Shown: positions 1 to 12,694 of the stretch, in pieces
How positions within the stretch are numbered: the first letter of the stretch is position 1
How the letters are laid out: each line of letters starts with the position of its first letter
From: the human T2T-CHM13v2.0 reference genome, Homo sapiens
Assembly (NCBI RefSeq): GCF_009914755.1
Contig: NC_060929.1
Length of the DNA: 64,000 bases
Direction: 5' to 3' (one strand)
Notes under the pieces: generated by a model
Seen by the model: the letters and a program-made list of their open reading frames with translations, nothing else
Database searches by the model: none
Told to the model about the DNA's origin: nothing
Program-made: the position numbers and the translations under genes

Positions 1-99
1 ATGATGGATGAATGTTTAATCTATAAAATGTGTCTGATTTGGCAGAGAGTGAAAATCTAATGGTGGCTGGCAAGGATGCTCTGTGGAGTGGACATAAAT

Positions 100-625
100 C
101 TGATTACCTGAATGGTACAAAGAAGCCAAGGTTGGAAGGAAGCACCTTCTAGGAAGAGAGTGCAGCAAGTGCAAAGTAGAAGGAACAAGATGGAAGTCAG
201 TGTGTTTTGGAGGATCATGAATGATGAGTTGCAGAAAGTGAAAACAGAGGGAGAGAAAAGTCGTATAATATAGGACCTTGAAGGCCATAGTCAAGAATTA
301 GGTTATCATTTGAAGAGCAAAAGTGAGCCAATGAAGGTATTTTATTAAGACAGTGGTATAACTTAATTGGTGTTATGAAAACACCTCTCTGGCTGCCAAG
401 TGGGGAAAGGACTATGAGAGCACAGGAATGGGAGCAAGGACAGCATGGTGGTGGTGGTAGGGGATCCTGGTGAGAGATGAAGATCAAGTGCTAGTGACTG
501 AGATGTAAACAAGTGTATGGACTAGAAACATTTAGAAGGTAATATTGTTAGGGTGTGGTGATGGATTGGAGGGGGTACAGAGGGAGAGGAAGGCCTCAAA
601 GGAGAGTCCAAGGTTTCTGGTAACT
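100..625 (-). mobile_element. L2 LINE fragment (old)
   Basis: Purine-rich stretch with motifs resembling antisense L2 (gagccaatgaagg...acacctctctggctgcc...ggtgatggattgga...tccaaggtttctgg). Recalled consensus; ends approximate. Confidence 0.55.
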
Positions 626-2248
626 AGGATACACTGTCATCCCACCCTGCCTCATCACCCAACCTAGGACAGAATATTTAGATCATGAGTTTTACTCAAT
701 TCATCTTGCTTTTGAGAGTAAGTCTTCTATATCCCTACTTGGCTTCTAGAAACACTACCCAGCAGTGAGCCCAGAAATGTTCAAAGACACTAAATATATT
801 TTCAAAGTGCTTTTCAATTCACTCAGGGAAAGAAGAGGGGAAGGTCTGTTCCTAACCCTTTCACTGTCAGTATATTTAACTAAGCCAGGTAACACGGGCT
901 CTCCCCTTGTGAGTGTCATAGTACGTCTTTGAAAAGTAGCTAACCTGATCATGAAAATAAAATTGAGAGACTCAGCCTCTGTGGGAGACTCTTGCTCTCC
1001 CAGCCTGCCACAGTAATTGTTCTGGGATATCTCACTTCCCTGCCACATGGCGCTGTTCCCTTTGATTTATTTTCTCTGATGAAGGGACATTGAGTGATCA
1101 CAGCTCCAGCTTTGTGTCATCATGACCAAACTCAATCAATCATAGCTGGGCCAAACAAGCTGCTAGAAGAAAATGAGTGAGAATTATTTTCTGTGCACCT
1201 TTGCAACTCTTCAGATTATAGTTTATCATTCTCATCTGAGGGAAGGGGAGGGCAGACACCAGAATAAAACAGTAGTTTATTGTTGTGAGGAGTGACTGAC
1301 AGGTATACCTTGAAGATGCAGCAGTGGAGGGAAATAAATGTGTTCCGTTAGCCAGACATTGCAATCTCTGGCAAGGAAATGCTGTGGGTTCACATTTTCA
1401 GGCCCTGCTTGGCCTCACGGTTTAGATGGTTGTTGATCTCCCTGTGTAACATTTTCCAGGCTCATGTGAGAAACGTGTACAAATAAATCTGAAGATGAGA
1501 ATCAAAGCACTTAGGTATCAAAAAATCCATGATTCTTGCCTCTGACAAGTAAAATTTGCTTTCAGGTGAAATGCTTCCCTCACCCTTCACATTCAGCAAT
1601 ATGCTATGCTCAACTTGCAGCAAGACATTTTAGAATTATTTCTAAATCTAAGTTTCAAATATGCACAAATACATAGAAATTTGCTGTCAGTGATCTCTGT
1701 TCCATCTGCACCAGACTAAAGGTTCCAAAGACTTTAAATGTGCAAACTAAATATCTCCCACTCAGGGTCAATGCATGGGACAACTCCACACGATATTCCC
1801 TGTGAGTCCCTGTACGGGTGCCTACTGGGTAGTGGCAAGGGCTGACCTTCAAATGCCCTTAGAGTTGTAGAATGCGGCAGCCTTGTTGCTCATACCTCCA
1901 TGAACCAACCTCATATCCTTATTAAATACCCCTTTCCCATCTGTGGCAAGGGTCTGTGGTACCTTTGGTAGGCCTCCAGCCATTCTCAGGCTTATCTGGC
2001 TTCAGACTTTCCCCTTCAGCCAATGGTATACATTGCTTATGACTTGGCTTTTGCTTCGGTTTCTTAATGTAGTTTGTCTTTCTGGTACTAGAACTCTACC
2101 CCAATCTCTATGTAGTCTTACATTTCCTTCTCAGGGGACTGGAATCTGTCCCCTGAACCCATCCTACTCTACCCCCACATTTGGCTAGAGTCTTGTCTAG
2201 CAAAGTATAGTTTGCCTCACTCTGCTCCAGAAACTCTTGCTGGCAAAC

Positions 2249-2550
2249 TTTTTTTAAAATTTTCCTGAGACAGGTTCTTGCTTTGTCACCAGGCTGAAGT
2301 AGATGTTGCAATCATGGCTCACAGCATTCTAAAACTCCTGGACTCAAGTGATCTACCCACATCGGCCTCCTGAGTAGCTGGAACTATAGGCACGTGCCTC
2401 TGCACCTGGCTGATGTTTTAATTTTTTTTTTTGCAGAGACAGAGCCTCACTATGTTGCCCAGTCTGGTCTTGAACTCCTGGTCTCAAGTGATCCTCTATC
2501 TTGGTCTCCCAAAATACCAGGATTCCAGGCATGAGCCACTGCACCCAGCC
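2249..2550 (-). mobile_element. Alu (AluJ-like)
   Basis: Antisense dimeric Alu: T-rich tail, middle T-tract, ends atgagccactgcacccagcc; heavily CpG-decayed. Confidence 0.9.
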
Positions 2551-2810
2551 ATTGCTGACAAACTTCACCTGTCAGAGTCAATTCAGATTAAGCCCATGCT
2601 CAGCCTCCTAAAACGCTGTGACTTGTCCTGCTGCGATTTGATACTCAGCATTGATCCTACCATTTTGGGCTTATTCCCTTCTTCATGCAGGGTCACTTTT
2701 GAGGGTCTAGTGGGCAACACAAAAGACAACACTTTCCCATTATAAATCCACATCAAGTGTGGGCCAGTTTTTAAATTACTTCAGTTAAGAGCCTCTGACA
2801 ATAAAGTTTT

Positions 2811-2813
2811 TTT

Positions 2814-2844
<31 letters not shown>

Positions 2845-4638
2845 TTTTTATTGATCATTCTTGGGTGTTTCTCACAGAGGGGGATTTGGCAGGGTCATAG
2901 GACAATAGTGGAGGGAAGGTCAGCAGATAAACAAGTGAACAAAGGTCTCTGGTTTTCCTAGGCAGAGGACCCTGCGGCCTTCCGCAGCGTTTGTGTCCCT
3001 GGGTACTTGAGATTAGGGAGTGGTGATGACTCTTAATGAGCATGCTGCCTTCAAGCGTCTGTTTAACAAAGCACATCTTGCACCGCCCTTAATCCATTTA
3101 ACCCTGAGTGGACACAGCACATGTTTCAGAGAGCACAGGGTTGGGGGTAAGGTCACAGATCAACAGGATCCCAAGGCAGAAGAATTTTTCTTAGTACAGA
3201 ACAAAATGAAAAGTCTCCCATGTCTACCTCTTTCTACACAGACACGGCAACCATCCGATTTCTCAATCTTTTCCCCACCTTTCCCCCCTTTCTATTCCAC
3301 AAAACTGCCATTGTCATCATGGCCCGTTCTCAATGAGCTGTTGGGTACACCTCCCAGACGGGGTGGTGGCCGGGCAGAGGGGCTCCTCACTTCCCAGTAG
3401 GGGCGGCCGGGCAGAGGCGACCCTCACCTCCCGGATGGGGTGGCTGGCCGGGCAGGGGGCTGACCCCCCCACCTCCCTCCTGGACGGGGCGGCTGGCCGG
3501 GCAGAGGGGCTCTTCACTTCCCAGTAGGGGCGGCCGGGCAGAGGCGCCCCTCACCTCTCAGACGGGGTGGCTGGCCGGGCGGGGGGCTGACCCCCCCACC
3601 TCCCTCCCGGACGGGGCGGCTGGCCGGGCAGAGGGGATCCTCACTTCCCAGTAGGGGCGGCTGGGCAGAGGCGCCCCTCACCTCCCGGAGGGGGCGGCTG
3701 GCCGGGCGGGGGGCTGATCCCCCCACCTCCCTCCTGGACGGGGCGGCTGGCCAGGCGGGGGGCTGACCCCCCCATCTCCCTCCCGGACGGGGTGGCTGCC
3801 GGGCGGAGACGCTCCTCACTTCCCAGACGGGGTGGCTGCCGGGCGGAGGGGCTCCTCACTTCTCAGACAGGGCGGTTGCCAGGCAGAGGGTCTCCTCACT
3901 TCTCAGACAGGGCGGCTGGGCAGAGACGCTCCTCACATCCCGGACGGGGCGACAGGGCAGAGGCGCTCCCCACATCTCAGACGATGGGCGGCCGGGCAGA
4001 GACGCTCCTCACTTCCTAGATGGGATGGCGGCCGGGAAGAGGCGCTCCTCACTTCCTAGATGGGATGGCGGCTGGGCAGAGATGCTCCTCACTTTCCAGA
4101 CTGGGCAGCCAGGCAGAGGGGCTCCTCACATCCCAGACGATGGGTGGCCAGGCAGAGACGCTCCTCACTTCCCAGACAGGGTGGCAGCCGGGCAGAGGCT
4201 GCAATCTCGGCACTTTGGGAGGCCAAGGCAGGCTGCTGGGAGGTGGATGTTGTAGCGAGCCGAGATCATGCCACTGCACTCCAGCCTGGGCACCATTGAG
4301 CACTGAGTGAAGGAGACTCCGTCTGCAATCCCGGCACCTCGGGAGGCCGAGGCTGGCGGATCACTCGCGGTTAGGAGCTGGAGACCAGCCCGGCCAACAC
4401 AGCGAAATCCCGTCTCCACCCAAAAAATACGAAAACCAGTCAGTCGTGGCGGCGCGTGCCTGCAATCGCAGGCACTCCGCAGGCTGAGGCAGGAGAATCA
4501 GGCAGGGAGGTTGCAGTGAGCCGAGATGGCAGCAGTACAGTCCAGCTTCAGCTCGGCATCAGAGGGAGACCGTGGAAAGAGGGGAGAGGGAGGGGGAGGG
4601 GGAGGGGGAGAGGGAGAGGGAGACGGAGAGGGAGAGAG
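2811..4638 (-). mobile_element. Full-length SVA retrotransposon (SVA_C/D-like)
   Basis: All SVA modules in order: poly(T) 2811-2851, SINE-R (gatcattcttgggtgtttctc...), GC-rich VNTR, Alu-like region, (AGAGGG)n hexamers ending ~4638. 14-bp TSD GACAATAAAGTTTT at 2797-2810 and 4679-4692. Confidence 0.97.
3345..4190. repeat. SVA GC-rich VNTR
   Basis: Tandem ~37-50 bp units such as ctcctcacttcccagacggggtggctgccgggcggag and cccccccacctccctcccggacggggcggctggccggg. Confidence 0.92.
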
Positions 4639-5171
4639 TTAAGCCTGACTTTCTAAGGGTTGTCCCTGGAAGCCAGTCGACAATAAAGTTTTAAATTTAA
4701 CTCATGAAACATGCCAATAAATACCACATTATTTTTTGTTACATATTAAAAACTCAAAAATATTTAGAGGATCAATTCCCAAGCATCTTTCATTAAGCCA
4801 GCTGGTGACATAAACTTTCCTGTCTTGCATTTTTATCCTCCTCTTTTCATCCAAGATCATACCATCAAACCTTTATGAATTTGGGCAAAAGAAGGAAGTT
4901 AGGTATGGGAGATGCAGGCCACAGAGTACCTTCAGGGATTATTTTCTTCATGGTGATAGGGTGAAATCTGTCCTTATCTTCCTAAAGAGACTCATAAAAC
5001 TCTGGATGTAATGAGTTCTATATTGAGAAATAAACCAAAAATTGAAATTTAGAATTTTTAGTGCTGTACTCCAGTGATCCAAAGAAAATAATGAGTTGCA
5101 TATTTGCAATTACTGTAATGTGACTTAGCTACACTATTGTAATCTGCACACAGATTTAAGACATAAAATCC

Positions 5172-5190
5172 CTGTGCTCCCTGGTGGCCT
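5172..5190 (-). promoter_or_regulatory. Candidate CTCF motif
   Basis: Minus strand reads AGGCCACCAGGGAGCACAG, close to the CTCF core TGGCCACCAGGGGGCGCTA. Motif match only. Confidence 0.3.
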
Positions 5191-5634
5191 CAGGGGTGAC
5201 ATCACTTGTTATGAAATTGAGAGGGAGTAGTTCAAATAATGTAATGGAAAAATCCCAAATGCAAATGCAGTTGGTTATGAATCCAGGAAGATCACTGTGT
5301 TTATACCCAGAAGACTTGACTACATCTCGTAGGAATCAGGAGAGTCTTTTGCTGTTACCACAAAACTGTCTGTTCACAATCCTGTTCCTCCTACTCATGG
5401 AGCCAGATTTTAGAGGTTAGGAACCAGACCTTAGTGTAAGGGCCCACAGCCACTGCTTTTTTGGCAGAATGGGAAGTAGGGAGTCTAGGAACAAGGGGTA
5501 AAACTCTACTCCTTTTCTCTAATAATCTCTCCTTACTCTCAGAATGAGAGAATTTGTGCAAATGTCCAAGAAGTGTTCACAGTAGGCCTGTGAAATAGGC
5601 ACATGTACTGGGGTCACACAGCACAGTAAAACAA

Positions 5635-5860
5635 GCTCTGCTCTGGCATCAAACTCCCTGGACTGGGTTTGAACCCCTGACCATTACTAGATTCATGACC
5701 CTGGGAAAGTTCTTTAATCTCCCTGAGTCTGTTTCCTCATATGCTACAGTGGGAATCAAAATATCTACCTTGCAAAAATTATTGTGAAAATTGAAGATAA
5801 ATAATTATTTTAATGTTTTCCACAGGGTAGAAATTCATAACCGATAATAGTTAACTTATA
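5635..5860 (+). mobile_element. MIR SINE
   Basis: MIR core: ctgggtttgaacccc...tgaccctgggaaagttctttaatctccctgagtctgtttcctcat...atctaccttgc. Confidence 0.8.
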
Positions 5861-6267
5861 ATTATTACTAGTATTATCTTCTCCTTACCCTCTCCTATCA
5901 CTTTCTCCTGAGAATTCCTTACAAATTCTCCAGTGACAACTAAGTACAGAGGGACATTCTATCTCTTCTTTTCTCTTTGGGTGGAACTAGGTCTTAAGAG
6001 GCAGAAATAACTTTCACAATCTCCTCCCAAACTTACCCCAAAATTCCTCAGCCTGCTGAACAACCCACAAGAGTCTCCTTGGACTCAGAACCTGAACATG
6101 CAGAAGCTGTCTTGCTTCACTCCTCTTTGTGGGGTTCTCCTCCTTATGCTCAGAGAGCCCCAGAGACTTTCTGCAACTCCACTTTACCAGTTAAGATCAG
6201 GCCATCAGCATGAAGGACTGCTTCTGTTCATAGGAGGCTCAATCAATGTTTGTGCCCTGAATAAAGG

Positions 6268-7249
6268 TGTAAACCAAAAATAAAACTCTAAGCCCCTAGA
6301 CTGACTGAATGGACCCCCTCTTGGCCACAGGGATTCCAAAGAAACCTGAAAACTAGTTCAGGTCATTACAGGAGAGGGCAGGCGGGGATCAGACATGCCA
6401 CATTATACTTTCTTTCCATTGGAGTTCAGGAACACAATTGACCAGCATTAACATTAAAATAGAGATCCTAAGACTGACAGAACAGATTCTCCCTAGCAGT
6501 AAGTTACCAAATTCCAACTTGACTCTAGTATAGTATCACATGACAGATAGCAGGACCCTGAAGGAAATCAAAGTATTTTACTCCACAATATATTTCTTTG
6601 ACATATTTTAAAATGGCCCTGCAAAGCCTTTTGTAGGAGAGAATTTGCATCTGTAAAGCGTCTCTATTAACAAAACTAGATCTTTCCCCTTGCAGCCCCC
6701 ACCCCACCACCATCACCAATCCTGAAGAGATTAACTGAGACTCTAGCACCTTTTAAAGTTCTGAATAGGAAACATTCACCATCTATTATCTCTAGGGGCA
6801 GCCACCTGTAAGACTTCATAAGAACCTTGGTCTCTACAATCCCTTATCTTACCCCAGACACTTCTTTCTATTAATTCCAGGTCTTTAAGTAATTATGTAA
6901 CTCTTTCAACCAATTGCCAATCAGAAAATCTTTAGATTTACCTATGACCTATCACCATCCCACAGCCTCTGACCCCACTGCCCCTCAAGTTGTTCCACCT
7001 TTCTGGACTAAACCAATGTATGCCTCCGACCCCACTGCCCCTCAAGTTGTTCCACCTTTCCGGACCAAACCAATGTATTTATTGATGTCTTATGCCCCCT
7101 AAAATGTATAAAATCAAACTGTATCCCAAACACATTGGACACATGTTCTCAGGACGTCTTGTGACTGTGCCTCTTGCCATGGTCATTCATATTTGTCTCA
7201 GAATAAATCTCTTCAAATATTTTACAGAGTTTGGCTCTTTTCATTGACA
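6268..7249 (+). mobile_element. Solo LTR, MER4 group (ERV1; MER4D/E-like)
   Basis: Starts TGTAAACCAAAAATAAAA and ends ...cagaataaatctcttcaaatattttacagagtttggctcttttcattgaCA, both typical MER4 termini. Confidence 0.85.
6965..7078. repeat. 57-bp tandem duplication inside the MER4 LTR
   Basis: 6965-7021 and 7022-7078 differ at 3 positions. Confidence 0.9.
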
Positions 7250-8184
7250 AATCAATTAGCTAAATCAGCTCATAACTTTACTTAGATATCACAAATAGTC
7301 ACACACTTATTTCTAACTTTTAATAACTTCTACACCGTAATCCTAATTTTATCCGTGACCATCAATTTTAAGTTTATATACTGCTCAGGTGTGCAAAAAT
7401 GTTAACTTTTTACATCTCACAATTAAATTCAACTAATTCAAGTTCCCACCCCATCCCCACTCATCATTTCTGCAGATGTTGGGAAAAATACCTTGATTTT
7501 GCAAATTAAAGGTAATTTAATCACATTCAGTTTGAAATTTAGCCTCTCATTTATTAGGTTCAGGTCAGGATTCATCATTACACAATTCAAAAATTATAGC
7601 TTTTCCTACCACCCACCCCTGCATCAGTATTACAGTTGTGGGCAGGGGAGCTTACATCCCATTATAGTGTTGGGGTAGTGTGTCTGGTCTACAGACCTGC
7701 TGCAGGACTTCCATGGCCTCTGCTGTTGTCTTCCTCACTGGGCTGTTTAGATATTGGCCTCTGTTGCTCCATGCTGCTGATATATCTGGTCACACCTGGT
7801 TTGGCGGCTTGAACAGAAATATAATGCTGATGTTTGTGGTCACTGCCAGAGCCTCTAGTGACAAGGTCCATGTCTTCTGCATCCTCTTCACCCCTGACTG
7901 GGGCATCTTTTAGTCCACTGCCCTTACCTTCCTTCTGAGTACCCTACTGGGGAAGTGAACTTCTGGACAACACCTCATAGTGTGCTCAGGCCCCTCTCTG
8001 CCTAAACATACCCCTCCACCTTTCTACCCAACTTCATCACATGGTGACAATGCCAGTACACTGAGAGGAAGCCTCCTCCTACAGTTCCAGATAGGAAGTG
8101 GGGTGGTCAGCCTACTCCTAAACTATATGGGATTTTTATAGCCTCGTACTGCTTTCTCAGTTGAGGCCCAGGTGATGGATGACA

Positions 8185-8630
8185 TCACTGGTTGCCTTTC
8201 TAATAGCTCTTTCTCTTCTCTTTGCTGAAAGAAACCCATTTTTCTTCATGGTACCAATGTGATTAGTACCAATATTTACCTTTTTGAACTTCCTTTTGCT
8301 GGAGATGGGTAATAAGATATAAATGGATATTACTTGATAGTCTTTTCAGAAGGACTTTAAAAAAAGAAAAAGCTGGCATGTACCTTTTGCCTTTGCTCTT
8401 TTCCCTTTTTAGTGATTGTAATACAAACGTGATGGAAGGAGGTAGAGCAGCCACTTTGCAACCAGCAAGCTACATACTAAGAGGGCAGAAGGAAGCTAGG
8501 AAGAATCTGCACTGATGATTACTTCTCTGAATACAGACCTTCAGACTTCTTTAGGGGAGAAAAAAACAAATGCCTATTTACTTATACCACTATGATCTGG
8601 CCACTTGTACATGCAGCTAAAAGCATTAAA
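8185..8630 (+). mobile_element. Old MaLR LTR (MLT1J/K/L-like)
   Basis: Motifs gtgatggaaggaggtagagcagccactttgcaacca and tcagacttctt...cctatttacttataccact...acatgcagctaaaagcatt resemble the old MLT1 3' end. Confidence 0.4.
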
Positions 8631-10000
8631 AAATGATCAGTTTGGGCACCATATTTATCCTAGTCTTCTGGCCTCTAAGTATATGTGGCCTCTTAAACCC
8701 CATCTCTACCTCCCAGAGTAGCAAGTTTTTTTTTATTGTCATCATACATTTTGGGAAACTACTGTTGTATCATTGTGGGGATATGAAACTTTCCTCAATT
8801 CATCAGTGCTCTTGTAAAATGCACTAGCCTCCTGAAACTTGGAAATGTAACTGATAGAAAGAGGAAAAAAAATTTGGCTCTCACTTCCCATGGAAACATT
8901 TTCACCCACCATGAAGATTAGATCTGCAGCCAATGTTTCCCTCAATGATGGAGCTAATAGCTCTGATATAAAAGGATAATAAAACTTCTCTTATCTCCCC
9001 TAAAGTCAGTTGTCCTGAGATAGTTGTCTAGGTTAGCTCCTAGGAATTTACATATTAAAAGAGTGGATCAGGACCTCTCCAGGTGGGAACACACTCCTGG
9101 AGACATTTCATTTGTAATCCAAATGGTTAAGTTGAGAAACCAGGATCCTTTGCATCCCCACCAGAAAGCAGCAAAAGGTTTTTTTTTTTTTCCTTCCTCT
9201 CTTATTTTGGGAAAGAAGTGGGAGGCAGTTGGTTTTTTACTGTATGTAAATGGAGAAAATCCATTGTTTCCTGTCCCCTGGCACCCACATAAAAAGATTT
9301 CATGGCTCTTATCTCCTGTAGGGCTAGGTGTGGGGAACTGGTGCTGCAATGTTATTCTGGCTGTTGATCTGCTTATATTGGTAATGAACTCCTCCCTGAC
9401 CCACATGCCTCATGGCTCTGCATTGTTCACATATAAAAAGTACATAGCTTTTCAAGCGGAGTTGTATCTCCCAGTTCTCGACAAAGCAATTATAGCTGTA
9501 TCCTTCCTATTTTGGGGGCCATTTTATAACCTCTATTCTTTGATTCCTTGATGTTTAGGCTCATTTTAAACAACTTGACACTTTCACACTCTTTGGCTAA
9601 ATGGACTTTATAAGTGAACTTGGAAGTCCAGATGGAACCATTTAATCTTTTGTCTGCTATGTTCTTTCCTCACTTTCAAGAGGGCTTTGGAGAAGTAATC
9701 TTCCAGAAATAAAATATGCACGGTATAATATTTGAAAATATTAGCCTGCTGTACCTTTTCGTTTTAACAAGCATGATACTGTCATACTACATGATGTTGT
9801 GAATTTAACCCATTTTCAGACTTCTTCAGGACCATGGTAGCAGTACTTCTGTCCATCCACCACACTTCATTTCATCTTGCACTGGGCCATTTCCCTCTGT
9901 CTCTTTTCACAATCTCTTTCCTGCATGAACATGGTTCTTTGCATCCTGGGGTAGTCTCGTGTGTGTCCATCAACCGGCTTATCTTTTTTTCCTTCAAATC

Positions 10001-10511
10001 TGGAGGATTAATTAAGGATGGCCACAAATTCTTTGATCCTTTTCCTCTTGAAAGGTGAGGTCCATTTTTCTTCCTCTGAATCTGTGACTGTTTTGGCCAG
10101 TAGAATATAGCACAAATGATGCTGCACTAGCTTCTAGGCCAAAAGACCAGCTGCTTCCGCTTCACATCTCAAGGAATGATCACTCTTGCAACCCTGAGAC
10201 ACTAGGTAACCAGACCAATTACCCTGCAGAGAAGATCACATGGAGATGACAAGGAGCCCAGACAAACCTTGTCTCTAACTCTCCTTGTTAAGATATTGGA
10301 CATGCACATGAAGCTGTCTTGGACCTTCCAGACCAGACTATCCACCAGGTGAATATCCCTGCAGAGTGACTAGTGGGCACCACATGGAGCAGAATTGCTA
10401 AGGTGTCTGAATTCCTGATCCTTAATATTATGAGATATAATTAAATTAGCTATTGTTTTAAGCCACTAATTTTGGGGAGAGTTTATTACATAGTAGTTGG
10501 TAACCAGACCA
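10001..10511 (+). mobile_element. MaLR LTR (MLT1G/H-like)
   Basis: Begins ...aaggatggccacaaattctttga, ends ttgttttaagccactaattttgggg...gtaaccagacca. Confidence 0.75.
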
Positions 10512-11139
10512 TCCAAGCTTATTGCTGTCCTTCCTAGTCACCTCTCTTGTCACTAGCATCCATTTTTTCCCCTTCTTCTCTCCAAGACAGCCTCATAGCA
10601 TCTCCAATACCAATTTTACCCAAATGACATTTATTATGATAATGGTGGTTCAAGGAACCATATAGAAATTTAATTGTCAGACAAATTGCTTAATAGCCTA
10701 AATGTGAACTGTAATCTTTATGTTTGGATATCTTCAAGATCTGGGTCTGTCCTCTACTTAGTGAGACAATGTATTCCCTCAGAAATAAATTTTTGTAAAG
10801 CCCTAATCAACATTATCATTACTTATTCTGATAGAAGTATCAGTATTAGTAAACCCTAAACAGCCTCAGGGCTTAAACTTCTTTTCCATTTAGAAATGTC
10901 AGGACTTATAAAACACAACTTTGATTAAAGCAAAGAAATAAGTTTGATATTCAATGATGTAATTAGTGTCCAAAAGCTTAGGGGGAAAAACAGCATTTTT
11001 AAAACAAAGCAGAATGAAGATTTGATTTCTATGCTTCTCTGAGAGATTTAGAGAGGTGAGAAAGGAAGAGATGAAGAGGTTGCAATATGTTTGCATAGTC
11101 ATGCCATTTTGATTTTTCCTCCAATATTTTAGAACCATT

Positions 11140-12061
11140 TTCAATCAAAGTGTTTCCCCCACTACTGGACTTCACCCATGTGAAATAGTAGACAAATCTG
11201 AGGTATCAGGACCCCCTACCATTGGATATCAACTGTAGCAGACCCAAGACCCCCTTACTTTCCTGAAATGAAATTCACAGGTGACATCTATACAAATAAT
11301 ATGAGCTAAATATATAGTGCCCTAATTTTAATGTAAAAAGGAAATAAACTAAAAGTAATTTATAATCAAATATTTCAGTAAGTAAGAAGTTGGGCTCAAT
11401 AATACTACAAGAGTAATGAACAACTGGGTGCCTGCACATACACATAGAATCATTATGATGGTGATAGCTAGAAATGATTCAGCTGTTGTGTACTGGCAAC
11501 TGAAATACCTCAAGCATTGTTGCCGTAGGTGAAACGATTTTCTGGAACAAGGAATAGCTGAAATGACTAAAACAAAAAGTCAAATCATCCCTTAATTTAC
11601 ACAGTTGTTGCATTCTGATTCTTAAGATTCCATTGTATGTTAAATTCATTGTACATTAAAACCAACCCAAAATACTTTGTTTTCAAGAATGTCCATGGGG
11701 ATATGCAAAGTCATGTGGCTCCGGGACAATTCTCTGTCGTGTAAGATTGTTCAACACATGCACAATATCTAGCATCCCTCATCCCTCCATCACTGTGATG
11801 ACAAAAACTCCCCACAAATTATGAAAAAGCTCCCTAGAATAGGGTTGCCAGATTAAGTCCAGGATGCTTAAATTTGAATTTCAGAGACACAAATAATTTT
11901 TTCACTATAAATAGATCCCACACAATATTTGGGATCTAGCTTTACTTAAAAAAAAAAATATTGCCTCTGACATTCCTTTTTAGCTAGATGTCTTGTATTT
12001 TTACTTGCTAAATCTAGCAACCATATCCTGGAGGAAAGTACCAGTCTCTTGAGAACCGCTG
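11140..12061. mobile_element. hAT-Charlie DNA transposon fossil (MER20B-like), interrupted by MER53
   Basis: ggacaattctctgtcgtgtaagattgt...tctagcatccct...cactgtgatgacaaaaa and terminal ttgagaaccgctg. Left end uncertain. Confidence 0.45.
11840..12025. mobile_element. MER53 palindromic MITE
   Basis: Terminal inverted repeats tagggttgccaga / tctagcaaccata; internal palindrome centred on atcccacacaatatttgggat. Confidence 0.85.
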
Positions 12062-12117
12062 CTCAGCAGGCTACCCTCAAGTCCTCAAGCCAAACTTGCA
12101 ACATCTGGGATCATGAC

Positions 12118-12534
12118 TTTCACTCGTGTCCGTGTGAAGAGATCACCAAACAGTCTTTGTGTGAGCAACAAGGCTGTTTATTTCAGCTGGGCGCAGGCGG
12201 GCTGAGTCCGAAAAGAGAGTCAGCGAAGGGAGATAGGCGTGGGGCCGTTTTATAAGATTTGGGTAGGTAAAGGAAAATTACAGTCAAAGGGGGGATGGTT
12301 GTTCTCTGGCTGGCAGGGGTGGGGGTCACAAGGTGCTCAGTAGGGGAGCTTTTGAGCCAGGATGAGCCAAAAGAAGGAATTTCACAAGACAGTGTCATCA
12401 GTTAAGGCAGGAACAGGCCATTTTCACTTCTTTCGTGGTAGAATTCATCAGTTAAGGCAGGAACCGGCCATCTGGATGTGTATGTGCAGGTCACAGGGGA
12501 TATGATGGCTTAGCTTGGGCTCAGAGGCCTGACA
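12118..12534 (-). mobile_element. HERV-H 3' LTR (LTR7 family)
   Basis: Minus strand reads TGTCAGGCCTCTGAGCCCAAGCTAAGCCATC...TCTTCACACGGACACGAGTGAAA and is preceded by the polypurine tract GAAGACAGGAA. Confidence 0.95.
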
Positions 12535-12694
12535 TTCCTGTCTTCTGATATTAATAAGAAAAATAAAATGAAATAGTGGTAAAGTGTTGGGGTGGTGAAA
12601 ATTTTGGGGGTGGTATGGAAAGATAATGGGCGATGTTTCTCAGGGCTGCTTCGAGTGGGATTAGGGGTGGAGTGGGAACCTAGAGTGGGAGAGA

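Noticed and set aside
2855-4656. Dense cluster of overlapping ORFs on both strands
   Set aside because: All lie within the GC-rich SVA VNTR, Alu-like and SINE-R regions, where stop codons are rare; not genes.
9024-9551. 175-aa ORF with an antisense 112-aa ORF
   Set aside because: The + ORF starts at TTG, neither shows a recognisable domain, and both cross a poly(T) run; consistent with chance.
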